Origin: Anthoceros angustus
Taxonomy: Eukaryota; Plantae; Anthocerotophyta
DNA: 64,000 bases
Assembly (NCBI GenBank): GCA_010909165.1
Contig: MU008161.1
Location: 1,736,001-1,800,000 of the forward strand
Direction: 5' to 3'
The translations under genes were made by a program, and so were the position numbers. This document shows, piece after piece, positions 1 to 11,625 of this stretch; the first letter of the stretch is position 1, and the number at the start of each line of letters is the position of its first letter. A model generated the notes under the pieces. The model saw nothing but the letters and a program-made list of their open reading frames with translations, was not told the origin of the DNA and searched no databases.

Positions 1-239
1 CACTACATATTCATTTTCTTAAAAAGACCTATGAGGAGGCGCCCGGCCCACCATCGGCGGTGTGTGTGGAATGGGTTTTGCATCCGAAGGCAAAGAGGCC
101 ACATTTACCCTCTATGTCGTTATAGTCCTAGGATTCGATCCCAAGGAATGGTTTTGTGTCAAGATGTTCTAAACTATGGGTTCTAGTCCTCCTACAATCG
201 GTTCCTACCTAGCCATAATCAACTACCGTGTCGAGCCAC

Positions 240-450
240 ACGGCGTGGTAAGTTCGACCCCACGTGGTGGGTTCGCCACCGCTGTGGTGGATTCCGCCAC
301 GCCGTGGTGGATTCCGCCACCGCTGCAGTGGATTCCGCCGCGTGGTGGATTCGCCACCGCCGGTGGTGGATTCCGCCACCGCCGTGGTGGATTCCGCCAC
401 CGTGGTGGGTTCGCCACCGCCGTGGTGGGTTCGCCACCGCCGTGGTGGGA
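240..450. repeat. Tandem array of a near-palindromic 15-18 bp unit CCACCGTGGTGGATT(CG) (also about 6890-7055, 11805-11995, 3050-3120, 4725-4810, 11190-11240)
   Basis: Directly visible; produces WWIPPP and VANPPRW repeats in the ORF track. Confidence 0.9.
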
Positions 451-779
451 CCCACCCGCCGCGTCGCGATCGACTATTTGGCGCCCGGTTCCGCCACGTT
501 AAGGGCTATGGTCCTATGCACAGTTCACATGTACACCAAGTCACACTCATGTGGATTCACACCCGAGCTCACCGGTGGATGCGCACCATGGCCACGCACG
601 CCGCGCACCTCACTCGTCGGATTTCCTCGACCCCACAATTTATTCCCAACCTTCCTCGGCGTTCGCGTTTTCCGGACTCTCGCTCACCACTTCCTAGACT
701 CTCTTCACACGACTCACTCACCCCTTTCTTCTAGGACCTCATACACCACCGCGCACAAGATGCTCCACAGATCCCCTCT

Positions 780-895
780 CTTGGGCCACACAGACCTCCT
801 TGGGCCACACCCTCCTTGGGCCACACCCTCCTTGGGCCACAGACCTCCTTGGGCCACACAGACCCCTCCTTGGGCCACAGACCCCTCCTTGGGAT
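780..895. repeat. Tandem array of a 19-22 bp unit TTGGGCCACACAGACCCCTCC (also about 7393-7535, 8531-8630, 12345-12460, 13250-13375, 14190-14300)
   Basis: Directly visible, 5-7 units per array. Confidence 0.9.
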
Positions 896-3264
896 TAGAC
901 ACAATCTGGTTAGGCAGTGGTTGGGAAAGGAAAAAAACAGTGGTTGGCTCCACAGCGATTCGCACACCGATCTCACCCGGTCCCCGGAATTTCCCTCTCT
1001 GGCATGCATTGAGCACCCTTCACCACTAGTCACCCAGACGGAGCTTGGTCACTCGGCTCTCGACCATCCAGGATCTCCCGGCCCTCTTGTGAGAGGGACA
1101 CCGAATCAGCCCATCATCGATTGGATGTCTCCAACCAACCACGCGCACAAATTCGACACACGGAGCTCACACGAAATTGTCTCAAGAGAGACACTCAAGG
1201 GTCTCTTATACTGGGCAGCCATAGCTCACTTTCCGGTCTAAAGATGGCTAACCTACCTCCGGTGTTTAAAGATGGCTAACTTACCACAAGCGCCTACCAA
1301 TTCGGTATCTACAAATTCACAAGCTTCCTAGCACCTTATCCTCTAATCCAAGTGAAAGCCTCGACCTATGATGCCGCTCCCTCTAAAATCACAGCTGCGG
1401 GCCGCCTAGCCTCGCGCCCATGGGTGTTCCTCGCTCTCCTACCACGCCTCGATCCGAAGATCCTCCCTTAATATCTCCACCTCACTCCCGCTATCCGAGG
1501 TCCCTTCACTCCTCCTAGGAGGCGCCCGCCCTCACCGCCCGCACGTTTCCTCGCCTCATCGCCGGACAGCCAAACGTGCCTCCATCCATGCTCTAGCCTC
1601 CGCCTTGCTCATTTCCTCGAGCACAACTGTGAAGGGTATGCCCGGCTCGTGGACAATCCAGTGGTTGCTTCGGAACTGAGGTTGCATCCTCCCTCGCTCT
1701 CGACCATCCAGGATCTCCCGGCCCTCTTGTGACGAGGGACACCGAATCAGCCCATCATCGATCGGATGTCTCCAACCAACCACGCGCACAAATTCACACA
1801 CGGAGCTCACACGAAATTGTCTCATTAAGAGAGACACTCAAGGGTCTCTTATACATCCGCAGGCTACCATAGCTCACTTTCCGGTGTCTAAAGATGGCTA
1901 ACCTACCTCCGGTGTTTAAAGATGGCTAACCTACCAAGCGCCTACCAATTCGGTATCTACAAATTCACAAGCTTCCTAGCACCTTATCCTCTAATCCAAG
2001 TGAAAGCCTCGACCTATGATGCCGCTCCCTCTAAAATCACAGCTGCGGGCCGCCTAGCCTCGCGCCCATGGGTGTTCCTCGCTCTCCTACCACGCCTCGA
2101 TCCGAAGATCCTCCCTTAATATCTCCACCTCACTCCCGCTATCCGAGGTCCCTTCACTCCTCCTAGGAGGCGCCCGCCCTCACCGCCCGCACGTTTCCTC
2201 GCCTCATCGCCGGACAGCCAAACGTGCCTCCATCCATGCTCTAGCCTCCGCCTTGCTCATTTCCTCGAGCACAACTGTGAAGGGTATGCCCGGCTCGTGG
2301 ACAATCCAGTGGTTGCTTCGGAACTGAGGTTGCATCCTCCCTCGCTCTCGACCATCCAGGATCTCCCGGCCCTCTTGTGACGAGGGACACCGAATCAGCC
2401 CATCATCGATCGGATGTCTCCAACCAACCACGCGCACAAATTCACACACGGAGCTCACACGAAATTGTCTCATTAAGAGAGACACTCAAGGGTCTCTTAT
2501 ACATCCGCAGCCATAGCTCACTTTCCGGTGTCTAAAGATGGCTAACCTACCTCCGGTGTTTAAAGATGGCTAACCTACCAAGCGCCTACCAATTCGGTAT
2601 CTACAAATTCACAAGCTTCCTAGCACCTTATCCTCTAATCCAAGTGAAAGCCTCGACCTATGATGCCGCTCCCTCTAAAATCAGCCGCCTCCCGGCCCTA
2701 GCCTCGCGCCCATGGGTGTTCCCTCGCCTCCTACCACGCCTCGATCCGAAGATCCTCCCTTAATATCTCCACCTCACTCCCGCTATCCGAGGTCCCTTCA
2801 CTCCTCCTAGGAGGCGCCGTCCCTCATCGCCTGCTGACGCTTTCCTCGCTCCTCATTTGGACAGCCAAACTGCGGCGTCCTCTCCATCCATGCTCTAGCC
2901 TCCGCCTTGCTCATTTCCTCGAGCACAACTGTGAAGGGTATGCCCGGCTCCGTGGACAATCCAGTGGTTGCTTCGGAACTGAGGGGTTGCATCCCCTCCT
3001 CTCCCGACGGTGGCTTCCCCACCTTGGGTCCTTCTTCCGCGACGATGGCGGCTCCACCACCGTGGTGGCTTCCCCACCTTGGGTCCTTCTTCCGCGACGA
3101 TGGCGGCTCCACCACCGTGGTGCTCTACCCTTCTTGGTTGCCTCGCCTCTCTTGACCTGGCCCTAGCCTCACCTCTCTCCGCTTATACCTCTCGCTAGCT
3201 TCCGAACTTCTCCGGAGGTGCAGCGTCTCCACTTGTTCACAGGCCTCCGAATGAAGGATCCCCA

Positions 3265-3274
3265 CCTTATATAG
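3265..3274 (-). promoter_or_regulatory. Candidate LTR TATA box (CTATATAAGG), conserved in all three LTRs
   Basis: ccttatatag on the plus strand, about 240 bp from the LTR 5' end; also near 9708 and 15391. Confidence 0.45.
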
Positions 3275-3514
3275 ACAATTTTATTCCTAAAATCCCAAGG
3301 TCCAAGGACCTTCTAGCGGCCTGATATTCACAGTTCGAGGCCCAAGGACTAATTATTTGTAAAAGTAATATTGTCATGGGCCAAGGACCATTTTAGTATA
3401 AAAGGCCTTGCCTCGGACATTTCCTAAGCACTCCATCACACAAAACATAAGAAAAACAAAAAAACATTCAAACCAATAGTCCGGGGAGGGTTAGTGTACA
3501 TGTGGTCTTCCACA

Positions 3515-3526
3515 TACTCCCTTCTC
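3515..3526 (-). other. Polypurine tract (second copy 9956-9968)
   Basis: Minus strand reads GAGAAGGGAGTA immediately before the LTR start TGTGGAAGACC. Confidence 0.75.
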
Positions 3527-3576
3527 ATTTGTTGGCGTCCTCGCCAACTTATTGATAATACTTTTCAACTCGCCAA

Positions 3577-6500
3577 CCAACTCGGTTGGCAAAGCGACCA
3601 TTCAAATCTGCGGTGGATGGAACCATTGTGGAAAACCTCCGGGACCGAGCGGACCCATCCACCTTTGGTCGTCACCCATAACCGTTTTTACCGTCCGGTC
3701 CCATTCGATATAACTTGGTCTTGTGTCTTCTGAGCGGTCGAGTAATGGACGAGCCTGTTCTTGTACCTTAGAGAGGTTTTGAGGAATTTGGCGTGCCGGA
3801 TACTCACAAATTTCGATCGTCGTTTTGTGAAGCTCTTTCTCCCTTCTCATTCGAGGCCATCTCGCCTCCCTTCCCCTCTTGAATTGGGTCAGCCCTCTCG
3901 CCTCCACTGTGTTGTTCCACTTTCTTGGTTGCCGCCTCGCCTCCCTCCTTGCTTGCTCGCATCTTTTTTGCATACAACGCCTCTTGTTTCGCCCTCGACT
4001 CTTTGTTCCCCATGCAGCTCTTCTTCCTTCCACTTCACCCTTGATTTCTTCTTTTTCCTCCCGTGCGCTCCCCATCGTGAATCTTCCTCCAAGTCACTCG
4101 TTTCTTCCTCCATGGAATCCTCTGGGGAATCTTGAGGAGCTTTCCTCTCTGAGGAACTTTCTCCAGGGGCGATGAGGAATCCCTTTCTTTTCCCGTTTTG
4201 GACTTCTTCTGTCCTTCTTAGCCTTCTTCATCTCCTGCGGGTTAGATTCCTCGTAATTTAGCGCCGCCTTGATAGCCTTGCCCAAATTCTTCTCCGCTTG
4301 CAACCTTACGTGTCTCCCCATCTTAGAACCCGGGCCTTTAGCGAACCACCGTATTACTGCGGCTCGAATGAGGACCACTACGATCACGTGGTGTGAAACC
4401 TCTCAACATACGCTTGCAAGGTTTCCTTCCTCTCTCTTTGTAACCTCTCAAGCTTGGACAACACGTAGCCCTCCATGTCAATCCCCTAAACCTCTCACGG
4501 AAGGCATTCTTCAATTCTTCAAAGGTGGTTGGGGTGTGGTGACTTGAGGTACTCGCGTCTGCCACTTTCTTTGGACCGCCCGAAGAACTCCATAGAGCAA
4601 TTTGAATCTGTGCATCACCCGATTCTGGTTTGCAAATGTCACCGCTCAAAACGCTCAACAAATTCATCGGGATCCTCATACCCCTTTCCTCTCCATACAA
4701 GGTAAGGTTGCTTGGTGGTGACCACCACCGTGGTGGATTCGCCACCGTGGTGGATTCGCCACCGTGGTGGATTCGCCACCGTGGTGGATTCGCCACCGCC
4801 GTGGTGGATTCACGAGCTCACGGTGGATGCACACACCTAGAAGAGAGGTCAGAAGACAAGTTTGGACCAAGGTTCCTCGGCCGTGGTACCTCGTCCAAGA
4901 CCAGAGATTGGGGATCTTGCTCCAACAAGATCGGACCCCCGAATCCCGGTCGATTCCTTACTCCCCTTCCCCTTCCAGCAAGTGCGTCCTCCAATTGGGT
5001 CCTCCTCAACTCCCGATCCGCAACCCTTTTCAACCTTTCCACTTTGCTTGTGGCTGTGAGGCTTCTCTTCCCGACTTGACTCAGATCCTTCAACTCGCCA
5101 ACCAACTCACGGTTGGCAAAGGACCATTCAAATCTGCGGTGGATGGAACCATTGTGGAAAACCTCCGGGACCACGAGCGGACCCATCCACCTTTGGTCGT
5201 CACCCATAACCGTTTTTACCGTCGGTCCCATTCGATATAACTTGGTCTTGTGTCTTCTGAGCGGTCGAGTAATGAATGACGCTTTATTCTTGTACCTTAG
5301 AGAGGTTTTGAGGAATTTGGCGGTGCCGGATACTCACAAATTTCCAGATCGTCGGTTTGTGAAGCTCTTTCTCCCTTCTCATTCGAGGCCATCTCGTCTC
5401 CCTTCCCCTCTTGAATTGGGTCTAGCCCTCTCGCCTCCACTGTTGTTCCACTTTCTTGGTTGCCTCGGCCTCCCTCCTTGCTTGCTCCGCATCTTTTTTG
5501 CATACAACGCCTCTTGTTTCGCCCTCGACTCTTTGTTCCCCATGCAGCTCTTCTTCCTTCCACTTCACCCTTGATTTCTTCTTTTTCCTCCCGTGCGCTC
5601 CCCATCGTGAATCTTCCTCCAAGTCACTCGTTTCTTCCTCCATGGAATCCTCAGGGGAATCTTTTGAGGAGCTTTCCTCTCGAGGAACTTTCTCCCGAGG
5701 GCGATGAGGAATCCCTTTCTTTCCCGTTTTGGACTTCTTCTGTCCTTCTTAGCCTTCTTCATCTCCTGCGAGTTAGATTCCTCGTAATTTAGCCTTGATA
5801 GCCTTGCCCAAATTCTTCTCCGCTTGCCACCTTTGTCTCCCCATCTTAGAACCCAGGCCTTTAGCGAACCACCGTATTGCTGCTCGAATGAGGACCACTA
5901 CTACGATCACGTGGTGTGAAACCTCTCAACATACGCTTGCAAGGTTTCCTTCCTCTCTCTTTGTAACCTCTCAAGCTTGGACAACACGTAGCCCTCCATG
6001 TCAATCCCCTAAACCTCTCACGAAGGCATTCTTCAATTCTTCAAAGGTGGTTGGGGTGTGGTGACTTGAGGTACTGCGTACCACTTTCTTTGGACCGCCC
6101 GAAGAACTCCATAGAATGAATCACGTGCATCACCCGATTCTGGTTTGCAAATGTCACCGCTCAAAACGCTCAACAAATTCATCGGGATCCTCATACCCCT
6201 TTCCTCTCCATACAGGTAAGGTTGCTTGGTGGTGACCACCACCGTGGTGGACATGATCGTGGTTGATTCGAATCGTGGTTGATTCGGCCACCGTGGTGGA
6301 TTCCGCCACCGCGGTGGATGCACACACCTAGAAGAGGTCGGAGAAGTTTGGACCAAGGTTCCTCGGCCGTGGTACCTCGTCCAAGACCGAGATTGGGGAT
6401 CTTGCTCCAACAAGATCGGACCCCGAATCCCGGTCGATTCCTTACTCCCCTTCCCCTTCCAGCAAGTACGTCCTCCAATTGGGTCCTCCTCAACTCCCGA

Positions 6501-6610
6501 TCCGCAACCCTTTTCAACCTTTCCACTTTGCTTGGTGGTGGATTCGCCACCGCCGCTTGAGGCTTCTCTTCCCGACTTGACTCAGAATCCTCCGACTCAA
6601 CTCGTGGCAT
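3577..6610 (-). pseudogene. Two head-to-tail copies (about 1.5 kb each) of the gag-like ORF
   Basis: caactcgccaaccaactc...ggttggcaaag recurs at about 3577 and 5091; ORF-track peptides are duplicated (4269 vs 5795, 3889 vs 5422). Confidence 0.8.
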
Positions 6611-6688
6611 CCATCTACCAAACTAAATACACTCAAAGACTAGACACCTAAGCTATGGTTAGTCTTTCCTATAATCTGACAGTTTCAT

Positions 6689-6707
6689 TCCCGCAGCAGC
6701 GCCAAAA
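6689..6707 (-). other. Primer-binding-site-like motif (second copy about 11608-11625), resembling a tRNA-Asp PBS
   Basis: Minus strand reads CCACA-TTT-TGGCGCTGCTGCGGGAA and TGGCGCTGTCGGGAA, similar to the TGGCGCCGTTGCCGGGGA PBS of Athila-like elements. The tRNA identity is inference. Confidence 0.6.
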
Positions 6708-9700
6708 TGTGGAATGGGTTTTGCATCCGAAGACGCAAAGAGGCCACATTTACCCTCTATGTCGTTATAGTCCTAGGATTCGATCCCAAGGGAATGGTTT
6801 TGTGTCAAGATGTTCTAAACTATGGATTCTAGTCCTCCTACAATCGGTTCCTACCAGCCATAATCAACTACGTGTCCGAGCCCACGGTAAGTTCGACCCA
6901 CCGTGGTAAGTTCGACCACCGCCGTGGTGGATTCACCGCCGTGGTGGATTCCGCCGCGTGGTGGATTCCGCCGTGGTGGATTCGCCACCGTGGTGGATTC
7001 GCCACCGCCGTGGTGGATTCGCCACCGCCGTGGTGGATTCCGCCACCGTGGTGGGACCCACCCGACCGGCGCGCCGCGATCGACTATTTGGCGCCCGGTT
7101 CCCTCGCTCGTTAAGGGCTATGGTCCTATGCACACAGTTCACATGTACACCAAGTCACACTCATGTGGATTCACACCGAGCTCACCGGTGGATGCACCAT
7201 GGCCCGCACGTCGGCACCTCACTCCGTCGCTAATTTCCTCGACCCCACAATTTATTCCCAACCTTCCTCGGCGTTCCGCATTTTCCGGACTCTCGCGCTC
7301 ACCACTTCCTAGACTCTCTTCACACGACTCACTCACCCCTTTCTTCTAGGACCTCATACACCACCGCACAAGATGTTCCCACAGATCCCCTCTCTTGGGC
7401 CACAGACCTCTCCTTGGGCCACAGACCCCTCCTTGGGCCACACAGACCCTCCTTGGGCCACCAGACCCCTCCTTGGGCCACAGACCCCTCCTTGGGCCAC
7501 AGACCCTCCTTGGGCCACCACAGACCCCTCCTTGGGATTAGACACAATCTGGTTAGGCGGGTTGGGAAAGGAAAAAAAGCAGTGGTCGGCTCCAGGCGAT
7601 TCGCACCCGCGATCTCACCCGGTCCCTGCGAATTTCCCTCTCTGGCATGCATTGAGCACCCTTCACCACTAGTCACCCCAGGGAGCTTGGTCACTCGGCT
7701 CTCGACCATCCGAGGATCTCCCGGCCCTCTTGTGACGAGAGGACGGCCTGAATCAGCCCGTCATCGATCGGATGCCTCCAACCAACCACGCGCACAAATT
7801 CGACACACGGGAGCTCACACCTGAAATTGTCTGTTAAGAGAGACACTCAAGGAGTCTCTTATACATCTGGCCGCGGCGCGCCATAGCTCACTTTCCCAGT
7901 GTCTAAAGATGGCTAACCTACCTCCAGTGTCTAAAGATGGCTAACTTACCACAAGCGCGCATACCAATTCGGGTATCTACAGATTCACAAGCTTCCTAGC
8001 ACCTTATCCTCTAATCCAAGTGAAAGCCTCTGACCTATGATGCTCCCTCTAAAATCAGCGCTTGCCTCACGTGGCCGCCTAGCCCCGCGCCCATGGGTGT
8101 TCCCTCGCTCTCCTACCACGCCTCGATCCGAAGATCCTCCCTTAATATCTCCACCTCACTCCCGCTATCCGAGGTCCCTTCACTCCTCCTAGGAGGCGCC
8201 GTCTCGCCCCTGCGCGTTTCCTCGCTCCTCATCGCTGGGCAGCCAAGCGGCGTTCCTCCATCCATGCTCTAGCCTCCGCCTTGCTCATTTCCTCGAGCAC
8301 AACTGTGAAGGTATGCCGGCTCCATGGACAATCCTGGCTTCACGGAATCGAGGGGTTGCATCCCCTCCCCAGGCGCTCGACGGTGGCTTCCCCACCTTGG
8401 GTCCTTCTTCATGACGATGGCGGCTCCACCACCGTGGTGGCTGCTCCACCACCGTGGTGGATTCCGCCACCGTGGTGGCTGCTCTACCCTTCTTGCCTCG
8501 CCTCTCTTGACCGGCCCTAGCCTCACCTCTCCTTGGGCCACACAGACCCCTCCTTGGGCCACACACCCTCCTTGGGCCACACACCCTCCTTGGGCCACAG
8601 ACCTCCTTGGGCCACACAGACCTCCTTGGGATTAGACACAATCTGGTTAGGCAGTGGGTTGGGAAAGGAAAAAAAGCAGTGGTCGGCTCCAGGCGATTCG
8701 CACCCGCGATCTCACCCGGTCCCCTGGGAATTTCCCTCTCTGGCATGCATTGAGCACCCTTCACCACTAGTCACCCCAGGGAGCTTGGTCACTCACTCGA
8801 CCATCCAGGATCTCCCGGCCCTCTTGTGACGAGAGGACGACACCGAATCAGCCCATCATCGATCGGATGTCTCCAACCAACCACGCACAAATTCGACACA
8901 CGGAGCTCACACCGAAATTGTCTAAGAGAGACACTCAAGGGTCTCTTATACATCCGCAGCGCCGCCATAGCTCACTTTCCGGTGTCTAAAGATGGCTAAC
9001 CTACCTCCGGTGTTTAAAGATGGCTAACTTACCACAAGCGCCTACCAATTCGGTATCTACAAATTCACAAGCTTCCTAGCACCTTATCCTCTAATCCAAG
9101 TGAAAGCCTCGACCTATGATGCCGCTCCTCTAAAATCAGCGCTTGCCTCACGTGGCCGCCTAGCCCCTGCGCCCATGGGTGTTCCCTCGCCTCTCCTACC
9201 ACGCCTCGATCCGAAGATCCTCCCTTAATATCTCCACCTCACTCCCGCTATCCGAGGTCCCTTCACTCCTCCTAGGAGGCGCCGTCTCGCCCCTGCGCGT
9301 TTCCTCGCTCCTCATCATTTGGACAGCCAAACCGTTCCTCCATCCATGCTCTAGCCTCCGCCTTGCTCATTTCCTCGAGCACAACTGTGAAGGTATGCCC
9401 GGCTCCGTGGACAATCCTGGCTGCTTCACGGAATCGAGGGGTTGCATCCCCTCCTCGCTCACGGTGGCTTCCCCACCTTGGGTCCTTCTTCCGCGACGAT
9501 GGCGGCTCCACCACCGTGGTGGCTGCTCCACCACCGTGGTGGATTCGCCACCGCGTGGTGTTGCTCTACCCTTCTTGCTCGCCTCTCTTGACCCCGGCCC
9601 TAGCCTCACCTCTCTCCGCTTATACCTCTCCGCTAGCTTCGAACTTCTCCGGAGGTGCTGCCTCCACTTGTTCACAGGCCCCTGTTCTTTGAATGAAGGA

Positions 9701-9955
9701 TCCCCACCTTATATAGACAATTTATTCCTAAAATCCCAAGGTCCAAGGACCTTCTAGCTGGCGATATTCAGTTCGAGGCCCAAGGACTAATTATTTGTAA
9801 AAGTAATATTGCCATGGGCCAAGGACCACTTTTAGTATAAAAGGCCTTGCCTCGGACATTTCCTAAGCACTCCATCACACAAAACATAAGAAAAACAAAA
9901 AAAACATTCAAACCAACAGTCCAGGGGAGGGTTAGTGTACATGTGGTCTTCCACA
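6708..9955 (-). repeat. LTR copy 2 (shared central LTR, about 3.25 kb)
   Basis: Same termini; PBS-like motif on its left and PPT on its right. Confidence 0.9.
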
Positions 9956-10049
9956 TACTCCCCTTCTCATTTGTTGGCGTCCTCGCCAACTTATTGATAA
10001 TACTTTTCAACTCGCCAACCAACTCTGGTTGGCAAAGGCGACCCATTCA

Positions 10050-11530
10050 AGTACTGCAGCTGGATGGAACCATTGTGGAAAACCTCCAGGACCCTGAACG
10101 GACCCATCCACCTGCTTGGTCGTCACCCATAACCGTTTTTTTTAACCGTCCGGTCCCATTCGATATAACTTGGTCTTGTGTCTTCTGAGCGGTCGCGAGT
10201 AATGGACGACGCTTTCTCCTTAGAGAGGTTTTGAGGAATTTGGCGGTGCCGGATACTCACAAATTTCGAATCGTCGATTTGTGAAGCTCTTTCTCCCTTC
10301 TCATTCGAGGCCATCTCGTCTCCCTTCCCCTCTTGAATTGGGTTTGGCCCTCTCGCCTCCACTGTGTTGTTCCACTTTCTTGGTTGCCGCCTCGGCCTCC
10401 CTCCTTGCTTGCTCCGCATCTTTTTGCATACAACGCCTCTTGTTTCGCCCTCGCCACTCTTTGTTCCCCATGCAGCTCTTCTTCCTTCCACTTCACCCTT
10501 GATTTCTTCTTTTTCCTCCCGGCGCTCCCCATCGTGAATCTTCCTCCAAGTCACTCGTTTCTTCCTCCATGGAATCCTCCGGGAATCTTGAGGAGCTTTC
10601 CTCTCGAGGAACTTTCTCCAGGCGATGAGGAATCCCTTTCTTTTCCCGTTTTGGACTTCTTCTGTCCTTCTTAGCCTTCTTCATCTCCTGCGAGTTAGAT
10701 TCCTCGTAATTTAGCGCCTTGATAGCCTTGCCCAAATTCTTCTCCGCTTGCCACCTTACGTGTCTCCCCATCTTAGAACCCGGGCCTTTAGCGAACCACC
10801 GTATTACTGCGGCTCGAATGAGGACCACTACGATCACGTGGTGTGAAACCTCTCAACATACGCTTGCAAGGTTTCCTTCCTCTCTCTTTGTAACCTCTCA
10901 AGCTTGGACAACACGTAGCCCTCCATGTCAATCCCCTAAACCTCTCACAAGGCATTCTTCAATTCTTCAAAGGTGGTTGGGGTGTGGTGACTTGAGGTAC
11001 TCGCGTACCACTTTTGGACCGCCCGAAGAACTCCATAGAATTGAATCTGTGCATCACCCGATTCTGGTTTGCAAATGTCACCGCTCAAACGCTCAACAAA
11101 TTCATGGGATCCTCATACCCTTTCCTCTCCATACAGGTAAGGTTGCTTGGTGGTGACCACCACCGCACGGTGGATGCGCACCATGGCCACGCGTGGTGGA
11201 TTCGCCACCGTGGTGGTGGATTCGCCACCGCCGTGGTGGATTCACACCGAGCTCACGGTGGATGCACACACTAGAAGAGGTCGAAGACAAGTTTGGACCA
11301 AGGTTCCTCGGCCGTGGTACCTCGTCCAAGACCGAGATTGGGGATCTTGCTCCAACAAGATCGGACCCCGAATCCGGTGATTCCTTACTCCTTCCTTCCG
11401 GCAAGTCGTCCTCCAATTGGGTCCTCCTCAACTCCCGATCCGCAACCCTTTTCAACCTTTCCTTGCTTGGCGCCCGGCTTGAGGCTTCTCTTCCGACTTG
11501 ACTCAGATCCTCCGACTCAACTCGTGGCAT
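10050..11530 (-). pseudogene. Gag-like (retrotransposon capsid-type) ORF, frameshifted
   Basis: Stitched translation MPRVESEDLSQ...FEEL(K)NA...RFRGIDMEGYVLSKLERLQRERKETLQAYVERFH...IRWFAKG...GRHVR...NLGKAIKALNYEE fits Retrotrans_gag patterns; followed by a Lys/Glu/Ser-rich tail; no protease, RT or integrase. Confidence 0.7.
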
Positions 11531-11625
11531 CCATCTACCAAACTAAATACACTCAAAGACTAGACACCTAAGCTATGGTTAGTCTTTCCTATAATCTGAC
11601 AGTTTCATTCCCGACAGCGCCAAAA

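Larger units (their letters stand above)
65..3514 (-). repeat. LTR copy 1 (3' LTR, about 3.45 kb)
   Basis: TGTGGAATGGG start, GGTCTTCCACA end; homologous to 6708-9955 and 11626-15638; preceded on the minus strand by a purine tract. Confidence 0.9.

Noticed and set aside
1-8. CACTACAT at the window start as a CACTA TIR, with possible partners at about 18082-18102
   Set aside because: Only 7-8 bp match, the flanks do not pair, no TSD can be tested at the window edge, and no transposase is seen.
240-450. Short repeat arrays here and at 56506-56838 as CRISPR arrays
   Set aside because: There are no unique spacers or cas genes, and the context is eukaryotic.
3515-11625. pol domains in the first LTR element
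   Set aside because: No protease, YxDD or DDE motifs were found, and the 1.67-kb unit is too short.
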